This document shows, in pieces, positions 1 through 10,356 of a stretch of DNA of 64,000 bases. A program made the translations under genes and the position numbers. This DNA comes from Clostridiales bacterium. Lineage in GTDB: Bacteria > Bacillota > Clostridia > Oscillospirales > CAG-272. The stretch lies in NCBI GenBank assembly GCA_016288155.1, contig JAEEYP010000058.1, positions 1,364 through 65,363 on the forward strand. Direction: 5' to 3'. Every line of letters starts with the position of its first letter. Within the stretch, counting starts at the first letter, position 1. The notes beneath the pieces were generated by a model. The model was not told the DNA's origin. It worked only from the letters and a program-made list of their open reading frames with translations, and made no database searches.

Positions 1-1056
1 CTCTCCGGTATTGAGGAGCCGCGCGGCGCGCGGCAGGGAGGGGAAGCGCGTCAGATAGACGGCGGAGGAACTGAGTCCGGCGGGGAAGTGGAGATACGTT
101 TTCCCGTCCTTCTTCACGGCGAGACAGTCGTCTCCCGCGCAGCGGATGCCGTAGTCCGCGTCCGGCGCTTCGTTGTCCTCGAGCGTTCCGCCCAGTTTGC
201 CGTACCATTCTCCGATGCGTTCGAGGAGCGCGCGCGCCTCGGGCGGGATGCGCCCCTCCGCCGTCGGTCCGACGTTCAGAAGGTAGCTGCCGCCCATCGC
301 CATCGTGCGGTCGATGGCGGACATGAGGGCGCGCGGCGTGAAATAATCCTCCTCGCGGCGAAAGCCCCAGCTCTGCACGCCGACGGACTGGCATGCCTCC
401 GTCATGCGCGTAAAGCGCCTGCCCTCCGGCATCGTGCGCTCCGGCGTCGAGAAATCGCCCGGATCGTAGCCGCGGTCGTTTATGAGGATGTCCGGCTGGA
501 GCGAGCGGGCATAGGCGTTGATCGACGGGTCGTCGATCCCCGGCGGGATGTCCCAGAACAGCGTATAGATCGGGCCGTAGTTCGTAAGCAGCTCGCCGAG
601 CTGCCGGCGCACGAAGGCGCGGTACGCGGCGGTGTCGGACAGCTCCGGATGCGGCGCCTTCTCCTGGTGGGAGGAGACCGGATTATAGGCGCACGGCTCG
701 TGCCAGTCCGGGAGCGAATAGTACAGCGAGAGCTTCACGCCCCGCCGACGGCAGGCGTCGGCGAGCATCGCCAGAACGTCCCGCCCGTAGGGCGTGTGCA
801 TGATATTGTAGTCCGTCTGCTTCGTGTCCCACATGCAGAAGCCGTCGTGGTGCTTGGTCGTGAAGCAGATGTATTTCATGCCCGTGCGCGCGGCGAGCGC
901 GGCCCAATCGTCCGGGTCGTACGCGGCGGGATCGAAGACGGAGGCGAGGCGCTCGTATTCCGCGTGCGGCATATCGCGCAGATTGAGCGCCTGCTCGTGG
1001 TCCTCCGTTTTGGCGTAAAGCCCCCAGTGGATGAACATTCCGAAACGGTTTTCCAT
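1..1056 (-). CDS. Alpha-L-fucosidase (GH29), runs off the left edge
   Basis: Manual minus-strand translation from ATG 1056 (AGGAGG RBS): MENRFGMFIHWG...MKYICFTTKHHDGFCMWDT, the GH29 signatures. Confidence 0.9.
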   Translation of the reverse strand, partial: MENRFGMFIHWGLYAKTEDHEQALNLRDMPHAEYERLASVFDPAAYDPDDWAALAARTGMKYICFTTKHHDGFCMWDTKQTDYNIMHTPYGRDVLAMLADACRRRGVKLSLYYSLPDWHEPCAYNPVSSHQEKAPHPELSDTAAYRAFVRRQLGELLTNYGPIYTLFWDIPPGIDDPSINAYARSLQPDILINDRGYDPGDFSTPERTMPEGRRFTRMTEACQSVGVQSWGFRREEDYFTPRALMSAIDRTMAMGGSYLLNVGPTAEGRIPPEARALLERIGEWYGKLGGTLEDNEAPDADYGIRCAGDDCLAVKKDGKTYLHFPAGLSSSAVYLTRFPSLPRAARLLNTGE

Positions 1057-1138
1057 GGGATCCTCCTTCGGCCGGCGGAGACGCCGGATGGCAAACAAAA
1101 TACCCGTCGGACGAGCCGACGGGTATTTTCTGAGAAAA

Positions 1139-1831
1139 TCAGCCGATCTTGGTGCCGTTGATCTTGATGCCGGGACCCATCGTCGAGGCGATCACGCAGC
1201 TCTTGATATACTGACCTTTGGCGGCGGCGGGCTTCGCCTTGATGATCGCGCCCATCAGCGTGTTGAAGTTCTCGCTGAGCTTCTGCTCGCCGAAGGAAGC
1301 CTTGCCGATCGGGCAGTGGATGATGTTCGTCTTGTCGAGACGGTACTCGATCTTACCGGCCTTCGCCTCCTGCACGGCCTTCGCCACGTCCATCGTGACG
1401 GTGCCGGCCTTCGGGTTCGGCATGAGGCCCTTCGGGCCGAGGATCTTACCGAGACGGCCGATCGTGCCCATCATATCCGGGGTGGCGATCACGATATCGA
1501 ACTCGAACCAGTTTTCCTTCGTGATCTTCTCGACGAAATCGACGTCGCCGACGTAATCGGCGCCCGCCGCTCTGGCGGCGTCCGCGCGGTCGCCCTTCGC
1601 AAAGACGAGGGTACGCACGGTCTTGCCGGTGCCGTTCGGGAGGACGACGGCGCCGCGGACCTGCTGATCCGCGTGGCGGGAGTCGACGCCGAGACGGACG
1701 TGGAGCTCGATGGTCTCATCGAACTTCGCCTTGGAAGTCTGGCAGACGAGAGCGATCGCCTCGCTCGGCTCATACAGCTTTGCCTTTTCTACGAGCTTGG
1801 CGCTTTCGGTATATTTCTTTCCCTTTTTCAT
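1139..1831 (-). CDS. rplA: 50S ribosomal protein L1
   Basis: [37 protein letters not shown] motifs. Confidence 0.99.
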   Translation of the reverse strand: MKKGKKYTESAKLVEKAKLYEPSEAIALVCQTSKAKFDETIELHVRLGVDSRHADQQVRGAVVLPNGTGKTVRTLVFAKGDRADAARAAGADYVGDVDFVEKITKENWFEFDIVIATPDMMGTIGRLGKILGPKGLMPNPKAGTVTMDVAKAVQEAKAGKIEYRLDKTNIIHCPIGKASFGEQKLSENFNTLMGAIIKAKPAAAKGQYIKSCVIASTMGPGIKINGTKIG

Positions 1832-1844
1832 CTCTGCGTCCTCC

Positions 1845-2270
1845 TTATTCCTCGACCGTGATGCCCATCGAACGGGCGGTGCCCTTCACCATGCTCATGG
1901 CGGCTTCGAGAGAAGCGGCGTTCAGATCGGGCATCTTCGTCTCGGCGATCTGCTTGACCTGCTCCTTCGTGAGCTGGGCGACCTTCGTCTTGTTCGGGGT
2001 GGCGGAAGCGGTCTCGATGCCGCAGGCCTTCTTGATGAGGACGGCTGCCGGCGGGGTCTTCGTGATAAAGGTGAAGGAACGGTCGGCGTACACGGTGATG
2101 ACGACCGGGATGATGAGACCGATGTCCTTCTTGGTGCGTTCGTTGAATTCCTTCGTGAAATTCGGGATCGCGACGCCGTACTGGCTGAGCGCCGGACCGA
2201 CGGGCGGTGCGGGCGTGGCCTTGCCGGCCTGAAGCTGGAGCTTCACGTAACCAACGATTTTCTTTGCCAT
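1845..2270 (-). CDS. rplK: 50S ribosomal protein L11
   Basis: [28 protein letters not shown]...GTARSMG; start at ATG 2270. Confidence 0.99.
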   Translation of the reverse strand: MAKKIVGYVKLQLQAGKATPAPPVGPALSQYGVAIPNFTKEFNERTKKDIGLIIPVVITVYADRSFTFITKTPPAAVLIKKACGIETASATPNKTKVAQLTKEQVKQIAETKMPDLNAASLEAAMSMVKGTARSMGITVEE

Positions 2271-2288
2271 TGTTTGAAACCTCCATGC

Positions 2289-2330
2289 GTGGTTTATGAC
2301 GGAAGAATGAAAGAATTTTCTTCCTCCCAC
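2289..2330 (-). promoter_or_regulatory. Putative L1-binding autoregulatory leader of rplK-rplA
   Basis: mRNA GUGGGAGGAAGAA...UUCUUCCGUCAUAAACCAC hairpin with internal loop just upstream of the rplK RBS. Confidence 0.65.
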
Positions 2331-2382
2331 GGATTCCGGCGCATCGGCGCCTCGGCGCCGGGGAGACCGGTTCCCTCAGCCG

Positions 2383-2934
2383 TCAGGCGTCAGCCGAACG
2401 GCGGATGTGCTTGATGTCCAGATTGATCGGCATGTCGCGGCCGACGGTGGGGACGATGACGGTGACGGCGGTGCCGTCTGCCGAGATCTCGCTGAGCCGT
2501 CCGCTGTTCCCGGCGAAGAGCCCCTCGACGATGTCGACGGTGTCGCCGACGGCGAAGGACGCGTTGACGGTCGTCGGGACGTCGTCGCGGATGATGGCGG
2601 CGACCTCCTCTTCGGTGAGCGGGACCGGTTTCGATCCCGGACCGACGAAGCCCGTGACGCCGCGGATGTTGCGGACCACGTGCCAGCTCTCGTCCGTCAT
2701 GACCATTTTCACGAGCACGTAGGACGGGAAGATCTTGCTTTCGATCTCACGCTCCACGCCTCCGTTCGATTCGACGATCGTCTCGACGGGGATGCGGCAG
2801 TCGAAGATCAGATGACCGAGATTCCGGTTCTCGACGATCTTTTCCAGATTCATCTTGACCTTGTTCTCGTAGCCGGAGTACGTATGCGCCACGTACCATC
2901 TCGGTCCGGCGTTCTGTTCATTGAAATCGCTCAC
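2383..2934 (-). CDS. nusG: Transcription antitermination factor NusG
   Basis: WYVAHTYSGYENKVK, FPSYVLVKM, VTGFVG, C-terminal KOW. Confidence 0.98.
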   Translation of the reverse strand: MSDFNEQNAGPRWYVAHTYSGYENKVKMNLEKIVENRNLGHLIFDCRIPVETIVESNGGVEREIESKIFPSYVLVKMVMTDESWHVVRNIRGVTGFVGPGSKPVPLTEEEVAAIIRDDVPTTVNASFAVGDTVDIVEGLFAGNSGRLSEISADGTAVTVIVPTVGRDMPINLDIKHIRRSADA

Positions 2935-2954
2935 GCCTCGTCACCGGCCTTCCG

Positions 2955-3239
2955 TCAAAACAGCATGCTGAGTCCGACGACGGCGGAAGAGAACACGTAA
3001 TCGAGCAGACCGATCACGGCGGCGAGCGCGACCATCACGACGAGCACCAGCGCGGTGTTGCGCAGCACGGTCTTTCTCGGCGGCCACACGATCTTCTTGA
3101 GCTCCGCCTTGGTCGTACGGAACCACGCGGCGATCCGGGAGCCAAGCGAGGGCTTTTTGTCCTTCTTCGGCTTGACGTCGTCCTTCTTCGGCTCTTTTTC
3201 AGCCGGAGTATCGGGCGTCTTGGTTTCGATGTCAGCCAT
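2955..3239 (-). CDS. secE: Preprotein translocase subunit SecE
   Basis: AELKKIVWP plus TM helix; synteny. Confidence 0.95.
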   Translation of the reverse strand: MADIETKTPDTPAEKEPKKDDVKPKKDKKPSLGSRIAAWFRTTKAELKKIVWPPRKTVLRNTALVLVVMVALAAVIGLLDYVFSSAVVGLSMLF

Positions 3240-3257
3240 TGCTTTCTCCTTTTTCGT

Positions 3258-3407
3258 TTACTTGGATTCTTTGTGGAGCGTATGCTTGCGGCAGAAGCGG
3301 CAGTACTTGTTCAGCTCGATGCGGTCGGGGTCGTTCTTCTTGTTCTTGGTCGTGTTGTAGTTGCGCTGCTTGCATTCGCTGCATGCGAGAGTGATCTTGA
3401 CTCTCAT
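3258..3407 (-). CDS. rpmG: 50S ribosomal protein L33
   Basis: [17 protein letters not shown]...[14 protein letters not shown]. Confidence 0.98.
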   Translation of the reverse strand: MRVKITLACSECKQRNYNTTKNKKNDPDRIELNKYCRFCRKHTLHKESK

Positions 3408-3520
3408 GTTTTCGGCACCTCCTGTGATTGATATGTCCGGCGCTGCGCGCCGCGTACCTCCCTCGGCGGCGAGCGGCGAAATCACAACAGAAAAAAAGAG
3501 CCCTCGCCAGAGGTGAGGAT

Positions 3521-3550
3521 ATTATAACACGCCGCACGGCGCGCTGTCAA
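3521..3550 (-). promoter_or_regulatory. SigA promoter of the rpmG operon
   Basis: TTGACA-N18-TATAAT on the minus strand. Confidence 0.8.
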
Positions 3551-3632
3551 TAGGTTTTTCGCAAGTTTTGGGGCGGTTTCCCGGCTTTTTTTGTTTTTGG
3601 AAGGAAAATCCGTCCGGCGGGGGCGGCGCCGG

Positions 3633-4460
3633 TCACGGCGCCGCCTCGGCATACCCCTCCGGGAAAGTAAAGTTCACGATCCCGCAGAACAGATCGGTAT
3701 GCCGCCGGTACATTTCCTCCGTCCGCTTCTGCCCCTTGAACGCCGCCACCGCCGAGATGCGGCGGATGCACAGAACGGTGTCCTTGGGGAAGACCTGCAT
3801 CGACGTGAAATACCGTGCGAACTCCGTCTCGAAGAAGACGATGCCGTATTCGTCCGCCGCGCACGCGGGCGCCTCGCCCAGTACCTCCGCGAGCGGCATG
3901 AGTCCGCCCGCCCCCTTCACGGTCTCGTACAGCGCCGGATCGAGCAGGCACACGACGGACTCGCCGACCATGATCTCCATCTCGAAGCGCTCGTACTGGG
4001 ATACGTTTCCCTGCCGGTCGATGGCGAGATCCACGCCCTCCGCTTCCGCCTCTGCCAGCCTGTCCTCGATCTGCTGCGGGGAAAGATAACTGATATCCGT
4101 CAGCTGGACGGACTTCGTCCCGTCGCTGTCGTAGTCCTCCATCACGTGCCGGAAATCGGAGACGGCGTCCGTGATCTCCCGCCCGGTCAGGTACCGCGGT
4201 CCGGCGTACATCATGTACACGTCCGGCGTCTCCTGCGACAGGATCTGCCACAGACCGATCCCGAGGATCAGCGCCGCGGCGGCGATGACGATCGTCTTCC
4301 ATTTGTGGTGGTACCAGAAATTCTCCCAGAAGCCGACGTGGGCGACGGTGATCGGCGGTTCCGTTTCCGCGTCCTGTCCGAGCGCGCGGATGCGCCGCGC
4401 CGCCGCGGACTGCGGGATCTCTTCTTCCGCTTCCCGGAGCTCCCGTTCCTCCTCTGCCAT
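3633..4460 (-). CDS. Hypothetical membrane-anchored protein
   Basis: WENFWYHHKW followed by one TM helix; good RBS. Confidence 0.75.
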   Translation of the reverse strand: MAEEERELREAEEEIPQSAAARRIRALGQDAETEPPITVAHVGFWENFWYHHKWKTIVIAAAALILGIGLWQILSQETPDVYMMYAGPRYLTGREITDAVSDFRHVMEDYDSDGTKSVQLTDISYLSPQQIEDRLAEAEAEGVDLAIDRQGNVSQYERFEMEIMVGESVVCLLDPALYETVKGAGGLMPLAEVLGEAPACAADEYGIVFFETEFARYFTSMQVFPKDTVLCIRRISAVAAFKGQKRTEEMYRRHTDLFCGIVNFTFPEGYAEAAP

Positions 4461-4578
4461 GTCCGTCCCCCCTCGTCCGTTTTTCTACAGTATACATCCG
4501 CGCCGCCGTTTTGTCAAGCCGCGGCGGAAAATGCACCGTCCCCGCGCCGAAAAATCCCGCCCGGCGCGCGTTCGCCGC

Positions 4579-4607
4579 TTGACAAGGCGCGGCGCGTCCG
4601 TTATAAT
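4579..4607 (+). promoter_or_regulatory. SigA promoter of the malic enzyme gene
   Basis: Perfect TTGACA-N17-TATAAT. Confidence 0.85.
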
Positions 4608-4656
4608 AGTGTGTGTCGTTTCCCGACGAATACTATGCGCCGGAGGGTGAATAATT

Positions 4657-5829
4657 ATGAATATACGTGAGGAATCCTTGAAGAAGCATTACGAATGGCG
4701 CGGCAAGATCTCCGTGCAGGCGAACGTCCCGGCGGATACGGCGGAGGCGCTCGCTCTGGCGTATACGCCCGGCGTGGCGGAGCCGTGCCTCGCCATCCGG
4801 GACGACGTGGACCGCTCCTACGAGCTGACGCGGCGCTGGAACACCGTCGCCGTCATCACCGACGGGACGGCGGTGCTCGGGCTCGGCGACATCGGTCCGG
4901 AGGCGGGCATGCCCGTCATGGAGGGAAAGTGCCTGCTCTTCAAGCAGTACGGCGGCATCGACGCGATCCCGCTCTGCATCCGCTCGAAGGATCCGGACGA
5001 GATCGTGCGGACGGTGGCGCTGCTGCTCGGCAGCTTCGGCGGCGTGAATCTGGAGGATATCTCCGCGCCGCGGTGCTTTGAGATCGAGCGGCGCCTCAAG
5101 GAGGTCTCCGACATCCCGATCTTCCACGACGATCAGCACGGCACGGCGGTGATCGCGCTCGCCGCGCTCATCAACTCGCTCCGCCTGACCGGGAAGAAGA
5201 AGGAAGAGGTCAAAGTCGTCATCAACGGCGCCGGCGCCGCCGGGTGCGCCATCGGGCGGCTGATGCTCGGCTACGGCGTCGGGAATCTGATCTTCTGCGA
5301 CAAGAACGGCGCGCTCGTCGACGGCGAGCCGCAGATGCACGCCGAGCACGAGGCGCTCGCGGCGATCAGCAATCCGCACCGCGAACGCGGCGCGCTGCGC
5401 GACGTCATCCGCGGCGCGGACTTCTTCTTCGGGCTGTCGCGCCCGCGGCTCGTCGACGGCGATATGGTCCGCTCGATGGCTCGGGACGCCGTCGTGTTCG
5501 CCATGGCGAATCCGGACCCGGAGATCTTGCCCGAGGAAGCGCTCGCCGCCGGCGCGCGGATCGTCGGCACGGGGCGCAGCGACTACCCGAACCAGATCAA
5601 CAACGTCCTCGCGTTCCCGGGGATCTTCCGCGGCGCGCTCGACGTCCGCGCTTCGCAGATCAACGAGGAGATGAAGATCGCCGCCGCCCACGCGCTGGCG
5701 GGTCTGATCGGCGACGAGGAACTGTGCGAGACGACCATCCTGCCGAAGGCGTTCGATCCGCGCGTCTGTCCGACGGTGGCGGCTGCCGTCGCCGACGCCG
5801 CGCGCCGGTCCGGCGTCGCCCGGATCTGA
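4657..5829 (+). CDS. NAD(P)-dependent malic enzyme
   Basis: YTPGVAEPC, DGTAVLGLGDIG, FHDDQHGTA, GAGAAG, NQINNVLAFPG. Confidence 0.96.
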   Translation: MNIREESLKKHYEWRGKISVQANVPADTAEALALAYTPGVAEPCLAIRDDVDRSYELTRRWNTVAVITDGTAVLGLGDIGPEAGMPVMEGKCLLFKQYGGIDAIPLCIRSKDPDEIVRTVALLLGSFGGVNLEDISAPRCFEIERRLKEVSDIPIFHDDQHGTAVIALAALINSLRLTGKKKEEVKVVINGAGAAGCAIGRLMLGYGVGNLIFCDKNGALVDGEPQMHAEHEALAAISNPHRERGALRDVIRGADFFFGLSRPRLVDGDMVRSMARDAVVFAMANPDPEILPEEALAAGARIVGTGRSDYPNQINNVLAFPGIFRGALDVRASQINEEMKIAAAHALAGLIGDEELCETTILPKAFDPRVCPTVAAAVADAARRSGVARI

Positions 5830-5877
5830 CGCGGCGTGACGATTTGCGGCGCGTCGGAAAAAAAGATAAAAAAACTC

Positions 5878-5906
5878 TTGCAATCTGCCGGCGAGTGTGA
5901 TACAAT
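5878..5906 (+). promoter_or_regulatory. Promoter of tRNA-Val
   Basis: TTGCAA-N17-TACAAT. Confidence 0.7.
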
Positions 5907-5943
5907 AATACACGGTCCGGGCGCAAGTACGCACGGACGGCAG

Positions 5944-6020
5944 GGAGGCGTAGCTCAGCTGGTCAGAGCGCACGGTTCACATCCGTGAGGTCATGGGTTC
6001 GAGCCCCCTCGTCTCCACCA
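5944..6020 (+). tRNA. tRNA-Val(CAC)
   Basis: Cloverleaf: acceptor GGAGGCG/CGTCTCC, anticodon arm CACGG-TTCACAT-CCGTG, TTCGA loop, encoded CCA; one T-stem mismatch. Confidence 0.96.
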
Positions 6021-6022
6021 AA
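6013..6022 (+). other. Left att junction core CTCCACCAAA
   Basis: Identical to 58057-58066; the joined phage arms form an imperfect inverted repeat GGGTTCG..GTGC / GCAC..CGAACTC. Confidence 0.8.
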
Positions 6023-6072
6023 GCGCGCACATACGAACTCATCATCTATGAGAACGTGATGGCGCTCATAGC

Positions 6073-6109
6073 AAAAATACCGCAGAGGTGATCCCTCTGC
6101 GGTATTTTT
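6073..6109. terminator. Bidirectional intrinsic terminator
   Basis: AAAAATACCGCAGAGG...CCTCTGCGGTATTTTT. Confidence 0.85.
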
Positions 6110-6141
6110 CGACCAACTATCAACCAACTATCGACCAACTG

Positions 6142-9100
6142 TCATCGCCAGTTTGGGATGTCGTCACCGTATCCTGCGCTTATGTGCGCGTCGCAGACCG
6201 CGACGGCCTCCGTCTGGAAAATGTACTGCGTCCTATCAGTCAGCAGGTCGCGGAGCTGCCGGATCGTACAGGTGGGGTGCTGTTCATGGACGACGACCAA
6301 AAAGTCACTCGTGGCCTTTGTCGATCCGGCGACACGCCGTTTCCTTTTTCCGCTGAACACGTAATAGTCCACGCTTTTGAAATTTTTAGGGTACTTAGGC
6401 ATTACTGGTCCTCCTTATCCAACCGGAAAAACTGCCGGTCCAGCTGCACGTGTAGCAGCTCGCGTTCACGCCAGCACTTTTCGCATAGATCTTTGCCGGG
6501 GCCGTGGTAGTCTCCGAATATATCGCGCGAACTTACGAAGCGGCGCGGTTTGTCCGCGGCGATTTCGGTGAGACAATGATCACAAAAAAGCTTCACCATT
6601 AGTCCACAATCTCCTTCTCATCCATAAATTCAAGAATGCGGTCATCCGGGGTTTCCACATAAACGATGATCGCCTTCGTAAACGCACGGTCAGCAATCTT
6701 CTCGAGGTATGCGTCGACTCGCCTTTCAGCCTCTTTTTCTTCTTCAGTTTTTTCTGGGAGAATATACGTTTTACGGACAGCATCGTATTCCGCTAACTTC
6801 GGGGAGTATCCAAAATACTTGTCGATCGCCTCGTCATTACGAGCATAGTATTCTTCTATGAACGCCTGTCGGTCGTCATAATACCGCTCATTGTAGGACG
6901 CGAATTCTCCGACGGTAGCCGTCCCGATCGAAGCCATCCAGTAACCATAATCCTCTCCTACGACGTCGCCATCAACCATACAGAGGATCGGAAGATCTGG
7001 ATTTTCCTCCACCAGCTTCAATAGCTCTTTGAATTTCTCATTCATTTTGTGCTCTCCTTTCCCGGTAATACGGTTAGTCCTACTCGGACGATCTCGATCT
7101 TATTGCCCATACGTCGGGCCTCATGCTCGATTTTTGCAATTTCGTCCACCTCGCATGTGACAAGCAAAGGAGCACGGTACTCATCTGCGTAAACCAGACG
7201 TGGCGGAGCGAACCGGAAGTCCCGCCCATTGGATACAAGTTTTCCGGTTCGCTTGTTGCGAAAACCGTAGTAGGTCATTCGTCGCCATCCTCCTTTTCGT
7301 CCATTTTCGCGCCACACCACTTACAGTACGGAGGTAACGACTCAAACGCAGGGTGTTCTTGATCTGCTCGAGTTCTGTGCTTATCGTTGAGTCCACATAC
7401 TGAACAAATATCGTATTCCTCCGGACACTCTGGGCTTTTGATCCAATGTCCGTGCTTCACTTCCTGCACATCGGCTGTCGGCACGTGATCTATATGGGCG
7501 AGTATTGCGAGTATCTGTACGGACAGATGCCAGAGTCGTCTTATGTCATCTTTGAGTTTTTCCGCGTCAATGTATCTCTGCATTGTCACTCACCTCTTCG
7601 ACATCGTACCTTCCGATCACGCGAAATCCAGCTTCTATCACGCCATGCTTGAAATCTTCATCTTCGAAATAGAAATCCAAACAGCGTGACATCACGCCTG
7701 CGTGTTTCTTGACCTCGTTCAACAGCCAATCGTATGTCGCCGAATCTGTGCAGGCTGTCCAGTTCGCTTTGTTGCGTCCAACATCACAAAATTTACACAC
7801 GAACATCGTCTGTCACCTCCGTTGTGTAACTCGTCCGCACAAGGCTGCCTTGCAGCAGACTGAGAACGGCAGTCCCCAAAACCTCGCGGCACGATATCTG
7901 AATCTCATGGCTTTTAATGCCCTTATCACGATCGGTCATCCTCCTGTTCCACATTATCCAGCTCGTCCAAAGCATCCCGCGCCATTTCGATATTGTTCAA
8001 AACAACGTCAAGCATGGCGTCAGCATTGATGTTATGGGCAAATATCGTCTTTGCCTGAGCATCTGCATGGAAATAGCCGGTCAGGGTTTCACCCTTATCG
8101 TTGATCCCGACGACCGCTGCGCTGACAGGGTTCTCGTCCACCAGCACTTTTATGCACTCTTCCAGCCATGCGTAGAGCTCCTGCGCCTTCTCAACGTCCA
8201 TCACTGTCCTCCTCCGGCTTCTCAGCGGTATTTGTCGAATCTCTGAGTTCTTTTATTTTTTGAACGAGATCTTTATTGAATTTGCTCGATCGCTCTGCTG
8301 GGGTTGGAATTGTTTCGCTGTCTGCCCATCCGCATCCAAGATAGTAGAATGGGCACAATTTGGATTCGCCGCCCTCACACCAATGACATCTTAGATGCTT
8401 TCGGCACTCTGTTGTCCAAAGATGCAGAAATTCATACGCCGTTAGTTCCTTATCAGTTGCCATGCTGTTTCTCCTCCTCAAACGGATTTTTCAGAATCCC
8501 GCATTCCTCGGCGCGGTGAAATCCATTTGCAAAATCGATCAATTTTGCCAACTCACGCTTCGTCTCCTCGCTCGCGTTTCTGCTGTACAACCCCGCCTTG
8601 ACGAGATGATACGCGATCTGCTTTAACTGCCGATCGTCAAAATGTGCGTGGAGCGAACCGCACCAAAGCGGGAGGCAGGAAAAGTCAAGATCCGCATTGC
8701 GGAGGTCCGCTCCGAAGAGATCCGCATTGCGGAGATCCGCATATCGTAGATCCGCGCCTATGAGATTCGCATTCGTAAGCCACGCGCCTTTGAAACTCGC
8801 ATCGTGGAGATTCACGCCGCTGAAATCCGCGTCACTGAGATCCGTACAGCGCAGATCCGCACGTTCACCTCCTTCTTCATGAGTCAGCCATTTTTTGTGC
8901 TTTTCGAGAATAACATCCAATTCTTTCTGCGTCATTGTTCGTCCTCCTTTTCGTCCGTGGTTCCGTTCATCCACTCTTGAAGATCCCACAGACAGCCATA
9001 GCACAAATCATACGCACGGTGGCATGTATCAACAACAGCTATTCTTATTGTCTCGTTCTCATATGCGTGGCGCACTTCTTTCTCGTTGATATCCGCACCG

Positions 9101-10342
9101 CATCTGTCGCATCTTCTGATCGTCATTGTTCGCTCTCCTTTTCGTCCATCTTCGCGCCGCAGTTCGGGCAATACCGGTACGCGTTACCGAAGATTGTCTC
9201 GCACTCGGAACAGCTGTAAATCGAAGTCGATATCTGTTCCCACCGTCCGTGCTTCACTTCTGCCGGCGCATCACAGATCGTATAAAACGGAGACTGGATC
9301 ATGTCTTTGGCGGCCCTTTCGATGATCGAACGGTTGCCGCAACAGATCGCCTTGCCTTGGATGTATGCCTGCGCCGCGTGTAGCCGGTGCACCGCTTCGG
9401 CGCAGCTCTTACATAGATCGGCAGCCATACAATCCGGACTTCTGTCCGGATCCAAAGATATCTGGAGCATCATCCTTTGAAAACCGCCGGATTCATCTTC
9501 ATCAAATCGTTTGCGGCAAAGATCACATATGACGTATCTCATTTCTGGCTCACCTCTCCTGTCGGAATACTTCTGAGTTATCGACGCTTTTCGGTAGGTT
9601 GTTCTCGGGAGGTCCGGCGAGCACGTCCGTGGCTTTCCCGTCGGTGACAAAGGTCGATTCGGCATGGATGATGGCACTACCGATGACTTGATCAGACACC
9701 TTCCGCATCGGAGTGACGCACAAAACGCGGTAACCACACTCCCTGCAGCGATCGCCAAATCTGTCGGCGCACTCTTTTTTCCACGACATCATGAAATCCC
9801 ATGCGTTCACTTTTCTGGATCCTCCTTTTTACTTTTTCGGCGGAAAATGTTCACGGCCTTCCGAAGATTCGCCGTGATGGCGTTCTCCCGAGTCTTCTCG
9901 TCAGCCTGCAGCGCGTCGGAATCAAAAGGACGCGCCGGGTGGTACAAACTCTCCTTGCAGGCCGATTGGCATAGGAGCGATTGCATACTCTGTATTTGCG
10001 CTGCATATTGCAGACGATCAATCTCCCTCTGCAGGTCGGCCAGCGCCATTGTCGGATTGACGCCGCCGAGAAGCAGGTCCAGCGCCTCTACCTGCGCGTC
10101 CGTCAGGCAGTCGATTTTGGCCTGCAATGATTCCCTACTCATGCGTTCGCCCCCTCGACCCATTTACGGAGCTTCCGTAGACACTCTGGACAAAGATCAA
10201 TTTTTATTTTGCCATAGTCGCCGACCGTTTCCCGCGTGATCTTATACACACCGCCGTTTTGCGCCAGCTCGTCGATCATGGCGTTCACTATCGTCGGGTA
10301 GGAGAAATTCTCACCACACCTGTCACAAGTTATGGACTGCAT
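6142..10342 (-). other. Run of about 14 small, overlapping phage accessory CDSs, many with CxxC zinc-ribbon motifs
   Basis: Coupled ORFs 6142-6402, 6402-6599, 6599-7045, 7042-7278, 7275-7583, 7567-7806, 7926-8201, 8191-8463, 8453-8935, 8932-9126, 9123-9542, 9550-9810, 9807-10142, 10139-10342, mostly with GGAG-type RBS. Confidence 0.8.
8453..8935 (-). CDS. Pentapeptide repeat protein
   Basis: ADLRC-TDLSD-ADFSG...ADLRY-ADLRN-ADLFG-ADLRN. Confidence 0.9.
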   Translation of the reverse strand: MTQKELDVILEKHKKWLTHEEGGERADLRCTDLSDADFSGVNLHDASFKGAWLTNANLIGADLRYADLRNADLFGADLRNADLDFSCLPLWCGSLHAHFDDRQLKQIAYHLVKAGLYSRNASEETKRELAKLIDFANGFHRAEECGILKNPFEEEKQHGN

Positions 10343-10356
10343 TACTGCGCCTCCTT

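Noticed and set aside
88-1161. 357-aa plus-strand ORF
   Set aside because: Shadow of the GH29 gene on the minus strand.
6111-6140. Short tandem ACCAACTATC repeat near the left att junction
   Set aside because: Under three copies; it could be a protein-binding site but nothing else supports that.
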